A stretch of 64,000 bases of DNA from the human T2T-CHM13v2.0 reference genome, Homo sapiens, in the NCBI RefSeq assembly GCF_009914755.1, contig NC_060936.1; one strand, 5' to 3'. The notes beneath the pieces were generated by a model. It ran no database searches and had not been told where the DNA came from. It was given only the letters and a program-made list of their open reading frames with translations. This document shows, in pieces, positions 45,246-59,269 of the stretch. Made by a program: the position numbers and the translations under genes. How positions within the stretch are numbered: the stretch's first letter is position 1; each line of letters begins with the position of its first letter.

Positions 45246-45410
45246 TTATGTAATTTTGTATGTTTTAATTTTTACAATGAATGTGTCTTATTTTGGAATG
45301 AACAAAAACAATGAAAGATTATTCCAATTTTAAAATATATAAAATTAAAAAGGAATGAAACATTTCTTCCAGTCATCCCACATGAAGAGCTTTAAAAATC
45401 ACATTACAGG

Positions 45411-45717
<307 letters not shown>

Positions 45718-46438
45718 TCACATTACATCCTGCCTATGCTATAGTGCAGTGTTGTAAGTTGGAGCAATTATTTTGAAAGTAGAGGAGATAATATACCTTA
45801 TGGTAATCACAAAGTGATCTATTTCAAAGCAGTCCCCATTAAAGCTACAATCGTATTATGATGGCTTGATTTAAAATAGGCTATGAATTAGAAGTTTATC
45901 TATTTTTTTCAAAACTGTTTTAGGCTATTTTAAATTTTAAAGTCAAGTAAAGCTGGAGAAATGATCTTAATTTCTTATAATAATAATATCACTCAACATT
46001 CTAGAGCAAGTAAATGATTCCTAGTGTGACAGCCTTACCAACAAGTAAAATTTACCTAACCATGTCCTTAGCAGGATTTCAGGAGCACTAGAAAGCCTGC
46101 TGCCCCACAGCTTCTCTAACCACTGAGACCCAGAGTTCTACCCACAGTTTTGTTTTTGGACCTTAATACTTCCTACCTTTCAAATTTTAAAAAATCCATG
46201 AAAAAAATGTAGCACTTTAAGTTTCATTGGTAATCTACAGCAGGGCAGATGGCTTTCTGATCCCTGCAGGTGGGAAGGTTCTGAAGACCAAATACAACCT
46301 TTGTGTAGTTCATTGTCTACTAGGGCCCACTCTGTTGGTGCTTATTACTGATTAATTATAACTGTTTTCTGCTGTGCTGTCCTATTCATTCCAAGAGGAA
46401 AAGTTACCATGTAGTGTCAGTAGTTTCTCCTTTACATT

Positions 46439-46791
46439 TTATGTTATGTTATGTTATGTTATGTTATGTTATGTTATGTTATGTTATGTTATGTTATGTT
46501 ATGTTATGTTTTTGAGATGGAGTCTCGCTCTGTTGCCCAGGCTGGAGTGCAGTGGCACAATCTCGGCTCACTGCAACCTCCGCCTCCCACGTTCAAACAA
46601 TTCTCTGCCTCAGCCTCCTGAGTAGCTGGGATTACAGGCGCCTGCCACCATGCCTGGCTAATTTTTGTATTTTTAGTAGAGACAGGGTTTCACCATGTTG
46701 GCCAGGCTGGTTTTGAATTCCTGACCTCGTGATCCACCCACCTCAGCCTCCGAAAGTGCTGGCATTACAGGCATGAGCCACCATGCCCGCC
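46439..46791 (-). mobile_element. Alu with (TTATG)n tail
   Basis: About 14 TTATG units; TSD tctcctttacatttta. Confidence 0.96.
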
Positions 46792-47474
46792 CTCTCCTTT
46801 ACATTTTAATTTTCAGTGAAATAATTCAATCACAAGGTTTGAAAAAAATTGAATAATACAAAATGATTTATATGGAGAAGCAATGGTTTCCTGCTCCACT
46901 CCACCAAAGTCCAAAGGAACCTTTAAAATAATATGCATATTCAACTATTTATGATTTATCAATGTGAAACATGGTATATTGACTTCCTACTGCAATGGAT
47001 GATAACACGGTTTGCTTCTCCACACCTTTCCCAAGTTCCCCTCTGCTCTCCTTTTAGTATAATTACATCACCATTTTTGTTCTTATACTGATGACCTTAA
47101 AATTAATTATTAAAACAAAGAGCTAAGTGCTACAAAAGCAGTAAGATAGGAGACATTTTACATAAGGAAGAGGAACTGAACATTTAGGCTGTAAAGTTAG
47201 TGTGAGAAATTATATTACAATGCAGTTGTCTTTAACATTCAGTTTGAACTAAATGCCCCCCTCTCAATTCACCTCTCAAGGGAAACTTCACACACACAAT
47301 GGAGTTTACTGTGCTGCCAAAAAAAGAAAAAAGCATTTGAATATTAGAAATCAGGTGATATGGCAGTAGATGGGGAACCCTAGTAGAAACTAAAACTGGC
47401 TAATTACCCTAGGGATAGAGAGAGGAGGCATGGGTTAAAAAGTGGGAGACCAAGCAATAGACTGAAGGCTCAAC

Positions 47475-48055
47475 ATGGCAGAGACCACCAGTTGCCTACT
47501 CAACTTCCAGTTAGAACCCCATGTTGTCAAGTATGGCAATGAATTTGGTCAGATAAAACTATTAGGGTTGTACATACTATACTTAGCAATAAAAATGCAG
47601 GACTCTCAGTTACATTTGTATTTCAGATGAACAATAAATACTTTTAGCATAAGCATGCTCCATGCAATATTTTATCCAGCATCCCTGAGAAGTATATTTA
47701 CCAACCTCCCTTGCAGATAGTGGTGGTCAAAGATATGTCAGAAGAGGTCATTGGGTGGAGCATCTAGGAGAGTACTCACGCACATATACTCTTCTCTTCC
47801 TACCTCCTTCTGCCTGGAATGCTAACGAGCAGCAGCTGTCCAGTGATCATGAAACAAGCTCGAGGGTAGAATCCAGCACTATGGACGGGATTATAGACAG
47901 AGGAAGGAGACTGGCCAACACTGACGATGTTGCAGAACAACCCAACAGCCCTGATTTATCTTACATGAGAAGATAAATGAGAAAAAACAAATTTCTGACT
48001 TGTGTAAGCTAGTAAGTTGGGTTTTTATCTTACGTATTTGAACTCAATCCTAACC
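47475..48055 (+). mobile_element. MLT1 LTR with a MER53-like hAT insert (about 47563-47687)
   Basis: cagttacatttgtatttcagatgaacaataaatacttttagcataag (MER53); ccttctgcctggaatgc (MLT1). Confidence 0.65.
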
Positions 48056-48529
48056 CAAACACTCCGTGTTCACGTGCCATTAGCAAAAGGTCACAACCAT
48101 TGTCAGAATCAATCATTTTGAGATAATACATAATACATAACACAGCAAGGTAATTAAAAATGAATAATGATAAAATCAAGAAACCTGTGGGAAGCTCCCA
48201 CAAGTCATCACAGCTTGCATGCAGCTGACTAAAATAGGGGATTCCCACAGGTTAGTTCATCCAGAAACTGCTGGGAACTTCAGGTCTGCAGTCAGCCCAC
48301 ATATCCGCTTAGAGTGGCCTCCAGAGAGTGATGACTTCACCTTATTGCCTACTTTCTGCAGCTCATTTGGGTGCCTCTCATTTGCAGATGCTACTCTGGA
48401 ACTATATGGGGAAGGGGATTCTAAGAAATGGAATTCTTGGTTCCTCTTTTCCATTACATAGGAGGAAGGCAGCGATGTTGACAACAAGCAAGCCTAAATC
48501 TGCATTAAGTTTTGTTTCATCACTTATTG

Positions 48530-48849
48530 ATTATTATTATTATTATTGAGACAGGGTCTTGCTCTGTCACCCAGGCTGGAGTACAGTGGTGAAATCATAG
48601 CTCACTGTAACCTTGATCTCCTGGGCTCAAGCAATCCTCCATGATGGTACATGTCTGTAGCCCTAGCTAGCTCTCAGAGACTAGGACTACGGACATGCAC
48701 CACCATGCCTGACTTTTTTATTTTTATTTTTGTAGAGATGAGGTTTGGCTACCTCGACCAGGCTGGTCTCAAACTCCTGGCCTCAAGTAATTGTCCTGCC
48801 TTGGCCTCCCAACATGATGGGCTTATAGACATGAGCCACTGCACCCAGA
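48530..48849 (-). mobile_element. Alu (AluJ-like) with an internal inverted duplication
   Basis: Alu body; inverted repeat 48640-48707. Confidence 0.92.
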
Positions 48850-48904
48850 CTGTTTTATTTTTTTTAAAACCTTTTTGTTTGTTTTAAAAGTCTATGTATT
48901 AATA

Positions 48905-49868
48905 ACCATCAGAGTAAACAGACAACCCACAGAATAGGAGAAAATATTTGCAAACCATGCATCTGACAAAAACTAATGCCCAGAATCTTCAAGGAACTCA
49001 AATTAGTAAGAAAAAAAAATCCCATCAAAAAGTAGGCAAATGACATGAATAGACAATTCTCAGAAGAAGATAGACAAATGGCCAACAAACACATGAAAAA
49101 ATGCCCAACATCACTAATCGTCAGGGAAATTCAAATTAAAACCACAATGAGATAGCATAACCTTACTCCAGCCAGGATGGCCATCATTAAAAAGTCAAAA
49201 AATAATAGCTGTTGGCCAGGATGTGATGAAAAGGGAATGCTTATACACTGCTTATGGGAATATAAATCAGGACAACCTCTATGGGAAACAGTATGGCGAT
49301 TTCTTAAGAACTAAAAGGAGATCTACCAGTATATCCAGCATTCCCAACACTGGGTATCTACCCCCTCAAAAAGAAGTCATTATATCAAAGATACCTGCCC
49401 TTGTATGTTTATTGCAGCACAATTTCCAATTGCAAAGATATGGAACCATCCTAAGGGCCCACTGACCAATGAGTGGATAAAGAAAATGTGGTATGTGTAC
49501 ACCATGGAATACTACTCAGCTGTAACAAAGAACAAAATATTGCTATTCAGCAACTTGGATGGTTCTGGAGGCCATTATTCCAAGTGATGTAACTCAGTAA
49601 TAGAAAACCAAATACTGTATATTCTCACTTAGCAGTGAGAGCTAAGCTGTGGGTACACAAAGGCATACAGGGTGGTATAATGGACTATGGAGGCTCAGAA
49701 GGGGGAGGGTAGGAGAGAGTGTGGGATAAAAAACTATGTATTGGGTACAGTGTATACTACTTGGGTGACAGGTGCACTGAAATCTCAGGCTTCACCACTA
49801 TACAATTCATCCATGTAACCACAAACCACTTGCACCCCAGAAGCTATAGAAATAAAATAAAAATAAAA
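48905..49868 (+). mobile_element. L1MA-like 3' fragment
   Basis: ORF2 end (NEWIKKMWYVYTMEYYSA), 3'UTR, A-rich tail. Confidence 0.9.
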
Positions 49869-49899
49869 TCCCCTCCATAACTGAATAAAACAAAATAAA

Positions 49900-51191
49900 A
49901 TGTCTATATATTGAAACTGGGTCACTCATATGTTGCTGGTGAGATTGTAAAATGGTACAACCACTTTGGAAAACTGTTTGGAAGTTCCCAAAAAAACAAA
50001 ACATGCCACTACCATATGGCCCATTGCATTTCTGAGCATTTACCCTAGAGAAATGAAAGTGTATGTTCACACAAAACCCTCTACAAGCATGCTCATAAAA
50101 TTTTTTTTATTTTATATTATTTGACAAATAATAATTGTATATATTCATGAGGTACATAGTGATGTTTCAATGCTGATAACATATAATGATCTCAGATCAT
50201 GGTAATTAGTGTAGCCATCATCCCAAACATTTATCATTTCTTTGTGTTGGGAACATGTAACATCCTCCTTCTAGCTATTCGAAACTATATAATATATTAT
50301 TGTTATCTGTAGTCATCTTACAGCTCTATTAGAAGTTGTTCCTCCCGTCTAGCTGTAATTTTGTATCCTTTAACAAATCTCTTCCTATCCTTCCCTTCCA
50401 TGCATAGCAGCTTTATTCACAATAAACTGTAGTACACATGTACCATGGAATACTACTAAGCCATGAAGAGGAGTAAAACATTAATACTTGAAACAACTTG
50501 GATGGGTTATCAGGGAATTATATTGAGTGAAACAAGCCAAATCTCAAAGGGTTACATACTGCATGATTCCCTTTATATAACTGATATAGTTTGGATACTT
50601 GTTCCCCCAAATCTCATGTTGAAGTGTAATCTCCAGTGTTGGTGGTGGGGCCTGGTGGGAGGCATTTGGATCATGGGGACAGATTCCCTCATGGCTTAGT
50701 GTTGTCCTCGTGAGAGTGAGTGAGTTCCCATGAGATCTGGTTTTTTAAAAAGTGTGTGGCACTTACCCTCCCACTCTCTCTCTTGCTCCTGTCTGGCTGT
50801 GTGATGTACCTGCTCCTGCTTCATCTTCCACCATGAGTAAAAGCTCCCTGAGGCCTCCTCAGAAGCTGAGCAGATGCCAGCACCACGCTTGTACAGCCTA
50901 CAGAACCAATTAAACCTCTTTTCTTTACAAATTACTCAGTCTCAGGTATTCCTTTATAGCAATGCAAGAATGACCTAATGGAATAACATTACTAAAATTA
51001 GAAAATTATAGAGATGGAGAACAGATTAGTAGTTGCTAGGGGTTAGGGCAGGTGGCATAGGGAGGGAGGTATCTGTGATTATAACAGGGAAGTATGAGGG
51101 ATCCCTGTGATGGAACCATTCTGTGTCTTGACTGTGGTGGAGGTCATACAAATGTATACCTGTGATAAAACTGCAAAGAACAAAATACACA

Positions 51192-51222
<31 letters not shown>

Positions 51223-51410
51223 GAGTACCTATAAAACTGATGAAATCTGAATAAAGTTGATGGATTATATCAGGATTAATTTTCTGGCTTGATTTTGTAC
51301 TTTAGTTATGTAAGCTGTCATCATTGGGGGAAATTGGATGAAGGGTATACAGAATCTCTCACAATGCAGGTGAATTTACAATTATCTCAAAATAAAAAGT
51401 TAAAATTAAA
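49900..51410 (+). mobile_element. Old L1M 3' region with nested antisense L1MA piece (about 50100-50400) and MST LTR
   Basis: gtaaaatggtacaaccactttggaaaac; gagatggagaacagattagtagttgc. Confidence 0.8.
50582..50982 (+). mobile_element. MST (MaLR) solo LTR
   Basis: tgatatagtttgg...ctcaggtattcctttatagcaatgc; 5-bp TSD ataac. Confidence 0.9.
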
Positions 51411-51505
51411 ATTCTAGGCAAGCTCTGGGATATAGAACTCTGAGTACTAGATTTGAAGAAAGGATTCCAGCACTGGGCAGGAGGTGGGGCTAAATAAATA
51501 AATGC

Positions 51506-51640
51506 CTGCCGGGCATGGAGGCTCACTCCTGTAATCCCAGCACTTTGGGAGGCTAAGGCGGGAGGATGACTTGAGCCCAGGAGTTTGAGACCAGCCTGGG
51601 CAACATAGAGAGACCCCCATTTTTTAACTTGAAAAAAAGT
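51506..51640 (+). mobile_element. FLAM / Alu left monomer
   Basis: Left arm only. Confidence 0.85.
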
Positions 51641-52493
51641 ACATGCCAAGATTTCTTCCAACTCTTAGGATTCTTTTATTTCTTTTTTCTTTGGTTCTCT
51701 CCTCTTCCTTTTTTCTTCCTTCTTTTTTCATATTTCTTTCCATTTTGTACTTACCAAGATAAGTCTTTGACATTCCACGGGAATTTGTTGCCATTGCTTA
51801 TTGATTAAAAAAAAAAGTGCCTCAGTTTGGCCCCAAGACCCTTTGTAATCTAGTCTCTACCTAATTCTCTACCTGAAAGTCCAACAGTTCTTTGCAGCCC
51901 AGAAAATCAAACACTGGATGCTATATTGCCTTCTACCCCAGTCCCACCCTAGCTATGCTCCATTTCACTTGCCTTTCTCTGGAAGACTCCATGATGGTCT
52001 TGATTTCCCTTGTTCCACTTTCAACTAACCCACTCTTTGTTGGATTGCTTGGACAGCTACCCATGCATGAATCTATAAGTGGCACAAAACATATCTGAAA
52101 AAACTGGAAATTTGGTGCTAGGTAAACTTAGATTTTTATGTGCATCTCCTTATATTATAAAGGGAAAAACTGAAATTAGTTCAACTCTTATTTTAGTGTA
52201 TATAATAAACCATTATTTTGAATTTGACATGAAAGAGGAAAATATATTATTAATAATTCTTCACTGACTTCTAAGAAAAATGGATCCTAATTAACTAGAG
52301 AATCAATCTAGGGGCCTTTGCCTAACTGGCGTAAGTAGAAACAAATGGTGTTGCATCAAGTTAAGAACATGAGACTGGTGCAGAGCTAAAGTGTTTGGCA
52401 TAAGAGAGAGTTTGGAAGGGAAGAGGAAAGAAATCCTGGAAGGCGAGGATAGTTGTTAGGAAGGCTTAATGCTGGAGGGAGAAAGTAGTTTTA

Positions 52494-52871
<378 letters not shown>

Positions 52872-53921
52872 TCAAACAGATGAAAAAATAAGGCAGTGGT
52901 TAACTCTAGGAAAAATAAAGAGATGTAAAGCAAACAGAAGAAACCCAAAATCATAATCATAAGTCATTTATCACAATAGTAAACAATAATTACATATTTA
53001 TAATAATACTATTGATTTACCCCAAGTTGTGAGCTCTATTGAAAAATGAAATTGGGGATGAGCTTTATTCTCCATCAAAGGAAGTCAATACATTTTTAAA
53101 ACCAGTAAATCAAAAATAGCAATGTAAGCATATTATTGAGAAATATGCTAAAAGAAATAGATAAAAAATGAAGAGTTGACTATTACAATATGCTTTTGGG
53201 GACTGGTGAATGGTGCAGTAGGAACTACTATTTTTTCATATTTGTTTTTAAGTACATTTATTATTTTGATAAAAATACCGTTAACTCACAAAACAATATT
53301 TTTAAAAAGTAGAATCTGCCTACACTTTTCACATATGTTTTAAGAAGTTTAAGCTGTAACATGCTAGTTTGCTTCCGTTTGACATGTAAAACACATGATA
53401 TTGACAGATATCTTGACTGTACTTCTGAAGATGCTTTAACTGCCAGGAGACAGATAGTGGATATTTCAAGTTCCTACCCATAGAGAGGTGTATAGAAGAG
53501 CAGCTCACCTGCCGACAGCTAATTTTCATGTCTGCTACTGCCTGTGGACTTTTGCCCTTCTCTTCTGACTCTGGCCTTTCAGTTTGTATCCTTCTGTTAG
53601 TTCTGAAGTTCAGTATTTTTTTAGTCCAGAGTACTTTGGCTTTGTTTTATGAAAGTCTATATTCCTCCTTGCCCAGTCTAAGCTAAGTTTACCTTCTCAT
53701 CTTTCTGGAAATCTATGCTCCTTTACAAATTCTCTTTCAAACTTTACTTTAAAAAATACTTTATTAATTCATCCAATAAGCATTTTTTAAGTCACTACTA
53801 CTATGGGTCAAATCCTATGTCACACCCGGAGACAGAGAAGAATATGCAGTTCCATTCTAGCAAACGAGATAAAGTTTCACAAATTACAGTTTGGATTTCT
53901 GTTAGGGGATTAGGGTGCCAC

Positions 53922-54560
53922 TGATGACAGCCACTGCTCCATACAGCTTGCTGTTGCCATCACCCCAGCTGCAGCAGGGAGGCACCGCTGGGGCTGCACA
54001 GTCCATGAAGCCCAAGAGAGCCATGCCCCTTCCAAGATGGGGCGGGAGCTCCCTAGGCCTCCACTGCAGCTGCCCAAACTGAGGCGGCAGACTCAGGCAT
54101 CCCTGCACTCTTGGGCGCCTGGGAAGGACCCCCTGCTCTTGCAGGCTCAGAAGTGCCTGCCCCTGCTGCCTGGCTTCTCCCTGCTGTGGATGCCTGCTTG
54201 GATCTCGGAGCAAAGTCCTGAGAGCCTGAGGGCCATGAATGGCAGCAGGAGGCAGACAGATTCCTGGGTGGAAGGCAGCAGGTCCCCAGTAAGGCCCCTC
54301 CTTCAGGCCAGGGAAGGCCTGAGTCTGGGTGCTGGGCTGCCAGTCCCAAGGACTGGAGTGGGGACTTGTGGTGCCTCTTCTGGGCCTGCCCTTGGCCACC
54401 CATGGACCAATCAGCACGTACTTCCTCCCCTCTCAGGTCCATAAAAGCCCTGGGCTCAGCCAGAGCAGGGCAGAGGAGGTAGGGCAGGAGGACTAGCTGC
54501 AGAGAGGAGCTACCCTGTCTGCTGAGAGCTGCAAAGGCCAGGAAAACCTTCTGGCAGAGA
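53922..54560 (+). mobile_element. MER52-like ERV1 LTR, 3'-truncated, GC-rich
   Basis: catggaccaatcagcacgtacttcctcccctct...cataaaagccc; ctgcagagaggagctaccc. Confidence 0.8.
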
Positions 54561-54997
54561 AGATCTTGGTACCTGCATCTTCAGGCATGCTGCTATGAAG
54601 ACACAGGTAGAGCCTTCAGAGTAGACCCCGGTTCTACTTACCCAAACAGCAGACAAAAGGCAAAGGCCACAAGCCTCCTTCTAAAATGTGGTTTTCAGGC
54701 CCCATCCACGTGTGCTTGCCACTTTTCCAGGGAGTGAAATATAATCTGTGGACCTGGGGTCAGAAGTGAATGAGAGGACAAAACAGTCACAAGCACTGAT
54801 CTTTAGCCTTCAATATTGGTCTAGCCTACCAGTGAAACTGGTGCAATGAATGTCCCCAACTGTAAATATCATCTCAGTCACTCCTATGAGAAGGAAAAAA
54901 AGAAGGGATAAATTAAGAGAGGGCAGAAGTGCAGTAGAGGCTTCCTTTTCTTTGGGCTAAAACAAATACATGAGGAAAAGGTGAAAGAAGATTCCTC

Positions 54998-55125
54998 TTT
55001 TTTTTTTCCTTGTAGAGAAGCGGGTCTCACTATGTTGCCCAGATTGAACTCCTGTCCTCAAGGTATCCTTCCACCTCATCCTCCCAAAGTGTTTGAATTA
55101 CAGGCATGAACCACCATGTCTGGCC
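54998..55125 (-). mobile_element. FLAM / Alu monomer
   Basis: Left arm only, poly-T. Confidence 0.85.
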
Positions 55126-55195
55126 TTCTCTCTTCAACCAACAGTCTCCTTTTCTTTTATTTCTTTATTCTTTTCTTAAAAATAATTAGAAGCAG

Positions 55196-55496
55196 GGCCA
55201 GGCACAATGGTTTATACTACCTCTAATCCCACTGTTTTGGAAGGCTGAGGCAGGAGGATTGCCTCATACCAGGAGTTTGAAACCAACTGAGCAAAATAGT
55301 GAGATGCTCTCTATAAAAAATAAAAAATTAGCCAGGTGTTGTGGTGCATACCTGTAATCCTAGCTACTCAGGAGGCCGAGGTGGGAGGGTCACTTGAGCC
55401 CAGGAGTTTGAGGTTACAGTGAGCTATGATCAGGCCACTGCACTCCAGCTTGTGTGACAGAGTGAGACCCTGTCTCAGTAATAATAATGATAATAA
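55196..55496 (+). mobile_element. Alu (AluJ-like)
   Basis: Diverged dimer; near-TSD aataattagaa. Confidence 0.92.
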
Positions 55497-55571
55497 TTAG
55501 AATCACAAGAAACAGAAGTGGCTCAGTGTTTAACTAGATCATAATTAAACATACTACCTATTATTTATTAA

Positions 55572-55904
<333 letters not shown>

Positions 55905-56127
55905 CTATATTTGTTAAACATACATATGACCACCTCTAAAATGCATACATCAGGGAGAACTGACCTCAGGGTATTTTGGGGCCCAGTGTTCTGGGCCCCA
56001 TAATCACATCACATAATCTCATTGGCTATTTGAGAGGATTGAATGAGTTAAAAATTTATAAAGTATGTAGCACAGTGCCTGGCATGCAGAAGCCTGGTTT
56101 TTGTGTTGTTATTAATTTACATTTGTG

Positions 56128-56450
<323 letters not shown>

Positions 56451-56504
56451 TTATTTGATTTTACAACATCCTGTGAAGAAAGTAAGACAAGTCATATTAC
56501 CCTC

Positions 56505-56724
56505 TTTACAAATAAAGTTTTTCAGTACAGTGTCTACAATTCAAATTTTCTTATTTCTAGTTCAAAACCTTTCTACTGCCCCATGCATGGGGAGCTGCCT
56601 GGTTTTGAATTCGTTAGGAATAAAGTTTACAAGTAAAGTTTTTCAGTGCACTGTCTACAATTTAAATTTTCTTATTTCTAGTTCAAATCCCTTTCTCCTA
56701 CCCCATGCATGGGTAGCTGCCTGG
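56505..56724. repeat. Diverged tandem duplication, about 121-bp period, with junction spacer
   Basis: 56505-56602 aligns to 56626-56724. Confidence 0.93.
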
Positions 56725-57307
56725 CTTCCCTTGTTCAGTAATTTAAAGGTTGAGTGTCTCACCTTCTCACTGGGAACTCTCAGATGACAACAAAGTAAAA
56801 ATTTGGAATTCTCATACTCTAATAGAAAAATAACCTCTTAGCTTGAATTATATACAGTACTGGGCTTTGCAGTTTTCCAGACAAATCAATATGTGTATTG
56901 TACAATTCATAAATATTTGCTTTTTGTTTTGTATGAATTTTTTTTCACATACTGATTGTTTTATTTCTCATGAGTCAAACCCTTATGGGAGAAGGAATAA
57001 ACAGGTAAACTGGATGTCACTCCCAATCCCTTCACTGCAGGAGGTTGATTTATCCCATTCAGCTGCATAGGTGGGTATTACCATCCTCCTTTTCTTCTTA
57101 AGCACATCTTTTATCTTTATATAAATAAAATGTGTATAATTTGCATTAAAAATATACATATATAAAAGGCTTATGTAAGTATTGTGTGCATTTATATATA
57201 TATTATATATATACACACACACACACACAAATGTTAATAAATAGTTGGTAACCTGCTCTGTACATTGCTCTATAACCTGCTATATTTGCTTAACAACATA
57301 TCACGAA

Positions 57308-57375
57308 CATTTTCTTATGTCCTGTGAATTCGTTAGGTTAGCATTCCTAGCTAATTTATAGGACATAAGAAAATG
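57308..57375. repeat. Inverted repeat, 30-bp arms, 8-nt loop
   Basis: cattttcttatgtcctgtgaattcgttagg / cctagctaatttataggacataagaaaatg. Confidence 0.95.
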
Positions 57376-57384
57376 CCCTGTGAA

Positions 57385-57740
57385 CTTGATATAAAGCTTA
57401 AACAAGTAAGGGAGTTATGTGTTGCACAAATAAGAAATCCAGAGGTAAGCAGTCAAGGCTGGTATGATCCCTTCACAGTGCCTACCAGGACTCAGGCTCC
57501 TTCCATGTTCCTACTCTGCTATCATAGCAGATGGTCTTAGACCTTGCACTTGTTACCTCATTGTCACAAGACGGCTGCTCTACCACTCAAAATGCATTTG
57601 TATTCCAGGTAAAAAAAGAAGGGAAAATGCAAAGAGCAAAACAGCACATGTCAGCTGAGAAAGCTTTTGATAAAAGAACTTTCCTCACATCCCATCCAAC
57701 AACTTCTACTTACATCTCACTGGCCAGAACGGTGGCTCAT
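57385..57740 (-). mobile_element. MLT1 LTR fragment
   Basis: ggactcaggctccttccat; cacaagacggctgct; acatctcactggccagaac. Confidence 0.7.
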
Positions 57741-58586
57741 TGATACTTGGTTGGTAAACTGGGGAGAGACCAGTTATGCAATCCTCTCTTCTAATGTTGA
57801 ATAATGCAGAGGTTCTTTGGATGGTGTAAAGTCTCATTCAAAATCAAAATTCTCCAAGGAAAACTTAAATGAGCAGAGTAAGCAATTTAGGAGCTATAGG
57901 TTTGGTCATTTAGGATGTTTATTGTTCTCTATTTTGCTGAAGTAGTTTCCTCTAATCTGAGTGTTACGAATACTATTGAGAAAAATTCCCTGTCTCTAGC
58001 AGCATGGAAATGCATTCAGCTTTCTACAGATACAGTCAAGAGTAATTATGAAGTTTAGAAAAGATACCCTGAATCGCTCCCTGTGCTGATATCTGGGCCT
58101 GTACTTTCTTCATGGAGCTGGCTGGTTGATTAATTCTGAAAAAGTCAGCAGTGTGCATACAGATAAAGCCTCAAAATATGGAAATAAGACATAATAGAGA
58201 ATACATTTGGGTTTCAGCTAATCTTAAAATACTGGTGAATAATTTATTCTTCTAAATACTCTGCTTAAAGTCTAACCGATGATTGCTATTTATCAGTAAT
58301 TAGACTCTCCATTTCAGCTCCTTTTCTCACAGACAGAAATAGCATGATCAGTTTTAAATTGGCAGGGAGGAATTAAAGGCTTTTCAATAATGTTTTTAAT
58401 TTTTAAAAAGACACATTTACTGTAGAAAATAGAGAAAAGTACCAGAATGATGAAAATTATCCCTAATTTCAACAACTAGAAGTAATCAACATTGTAAAGT
58501 ATATTATTTCATTCTTTCATAACATTTACATGTTATGTTTTAAATAGATAAAATGTATATAATATGCATAAAATGTATATAAAAAG

Positions 58587-58591
<5 letters not shown>

Positions 58592-58618
<27 letters not shown>

Positions 58619-58643
58619 ACACACACACACACACACACACACA
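58592..58643. repeat. (TG)n(AC)n compound microsatellite
   Basis: Direct reading; self-complementary. Confidence 0.98.
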
Positions 58644-58825
58644 ATTGGGATCATGATTCGCATACTGTTGTTGTGCCTAACAAGATATCTTGAACATTTT
58701 TTCATGTCGCTGAGTTTTCCTCTATAATACTTTTCAAAGGCCACATAGTGTTCTGTTGAATCCAGGTACCAATTTATTCAAGAAATCCCTTACTATTAAA
58801 CATTCCAATTCTTTCTAGATTGTAT

Positions 58826-59117
<292 letters not shown>

Positions 59118-59269
59118 AATTTTTATTATTATACATAATTCTGTGAGGAATAACTGCATAACTCTCTCACACTTCTGATTATTTCTTAAGGGTAAATATT
59201 CATAGACGAGAATGAACATTGTATTTTGATATCACTTGTTTCTGCCTGCCTAGAGTTTCTTCTCATTTT

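Noticed and set aside
47563-47687. MER53 as a miR-1302-type hairpin source
   Set aside because: Copy appears internally deleted; no long stem visible.
53902-54444. Three overlapping 129-171 aa ORFs
   Set aside because: All lie in a GC-rich MER52-like LTR where stops are rare; no recognisable homology.
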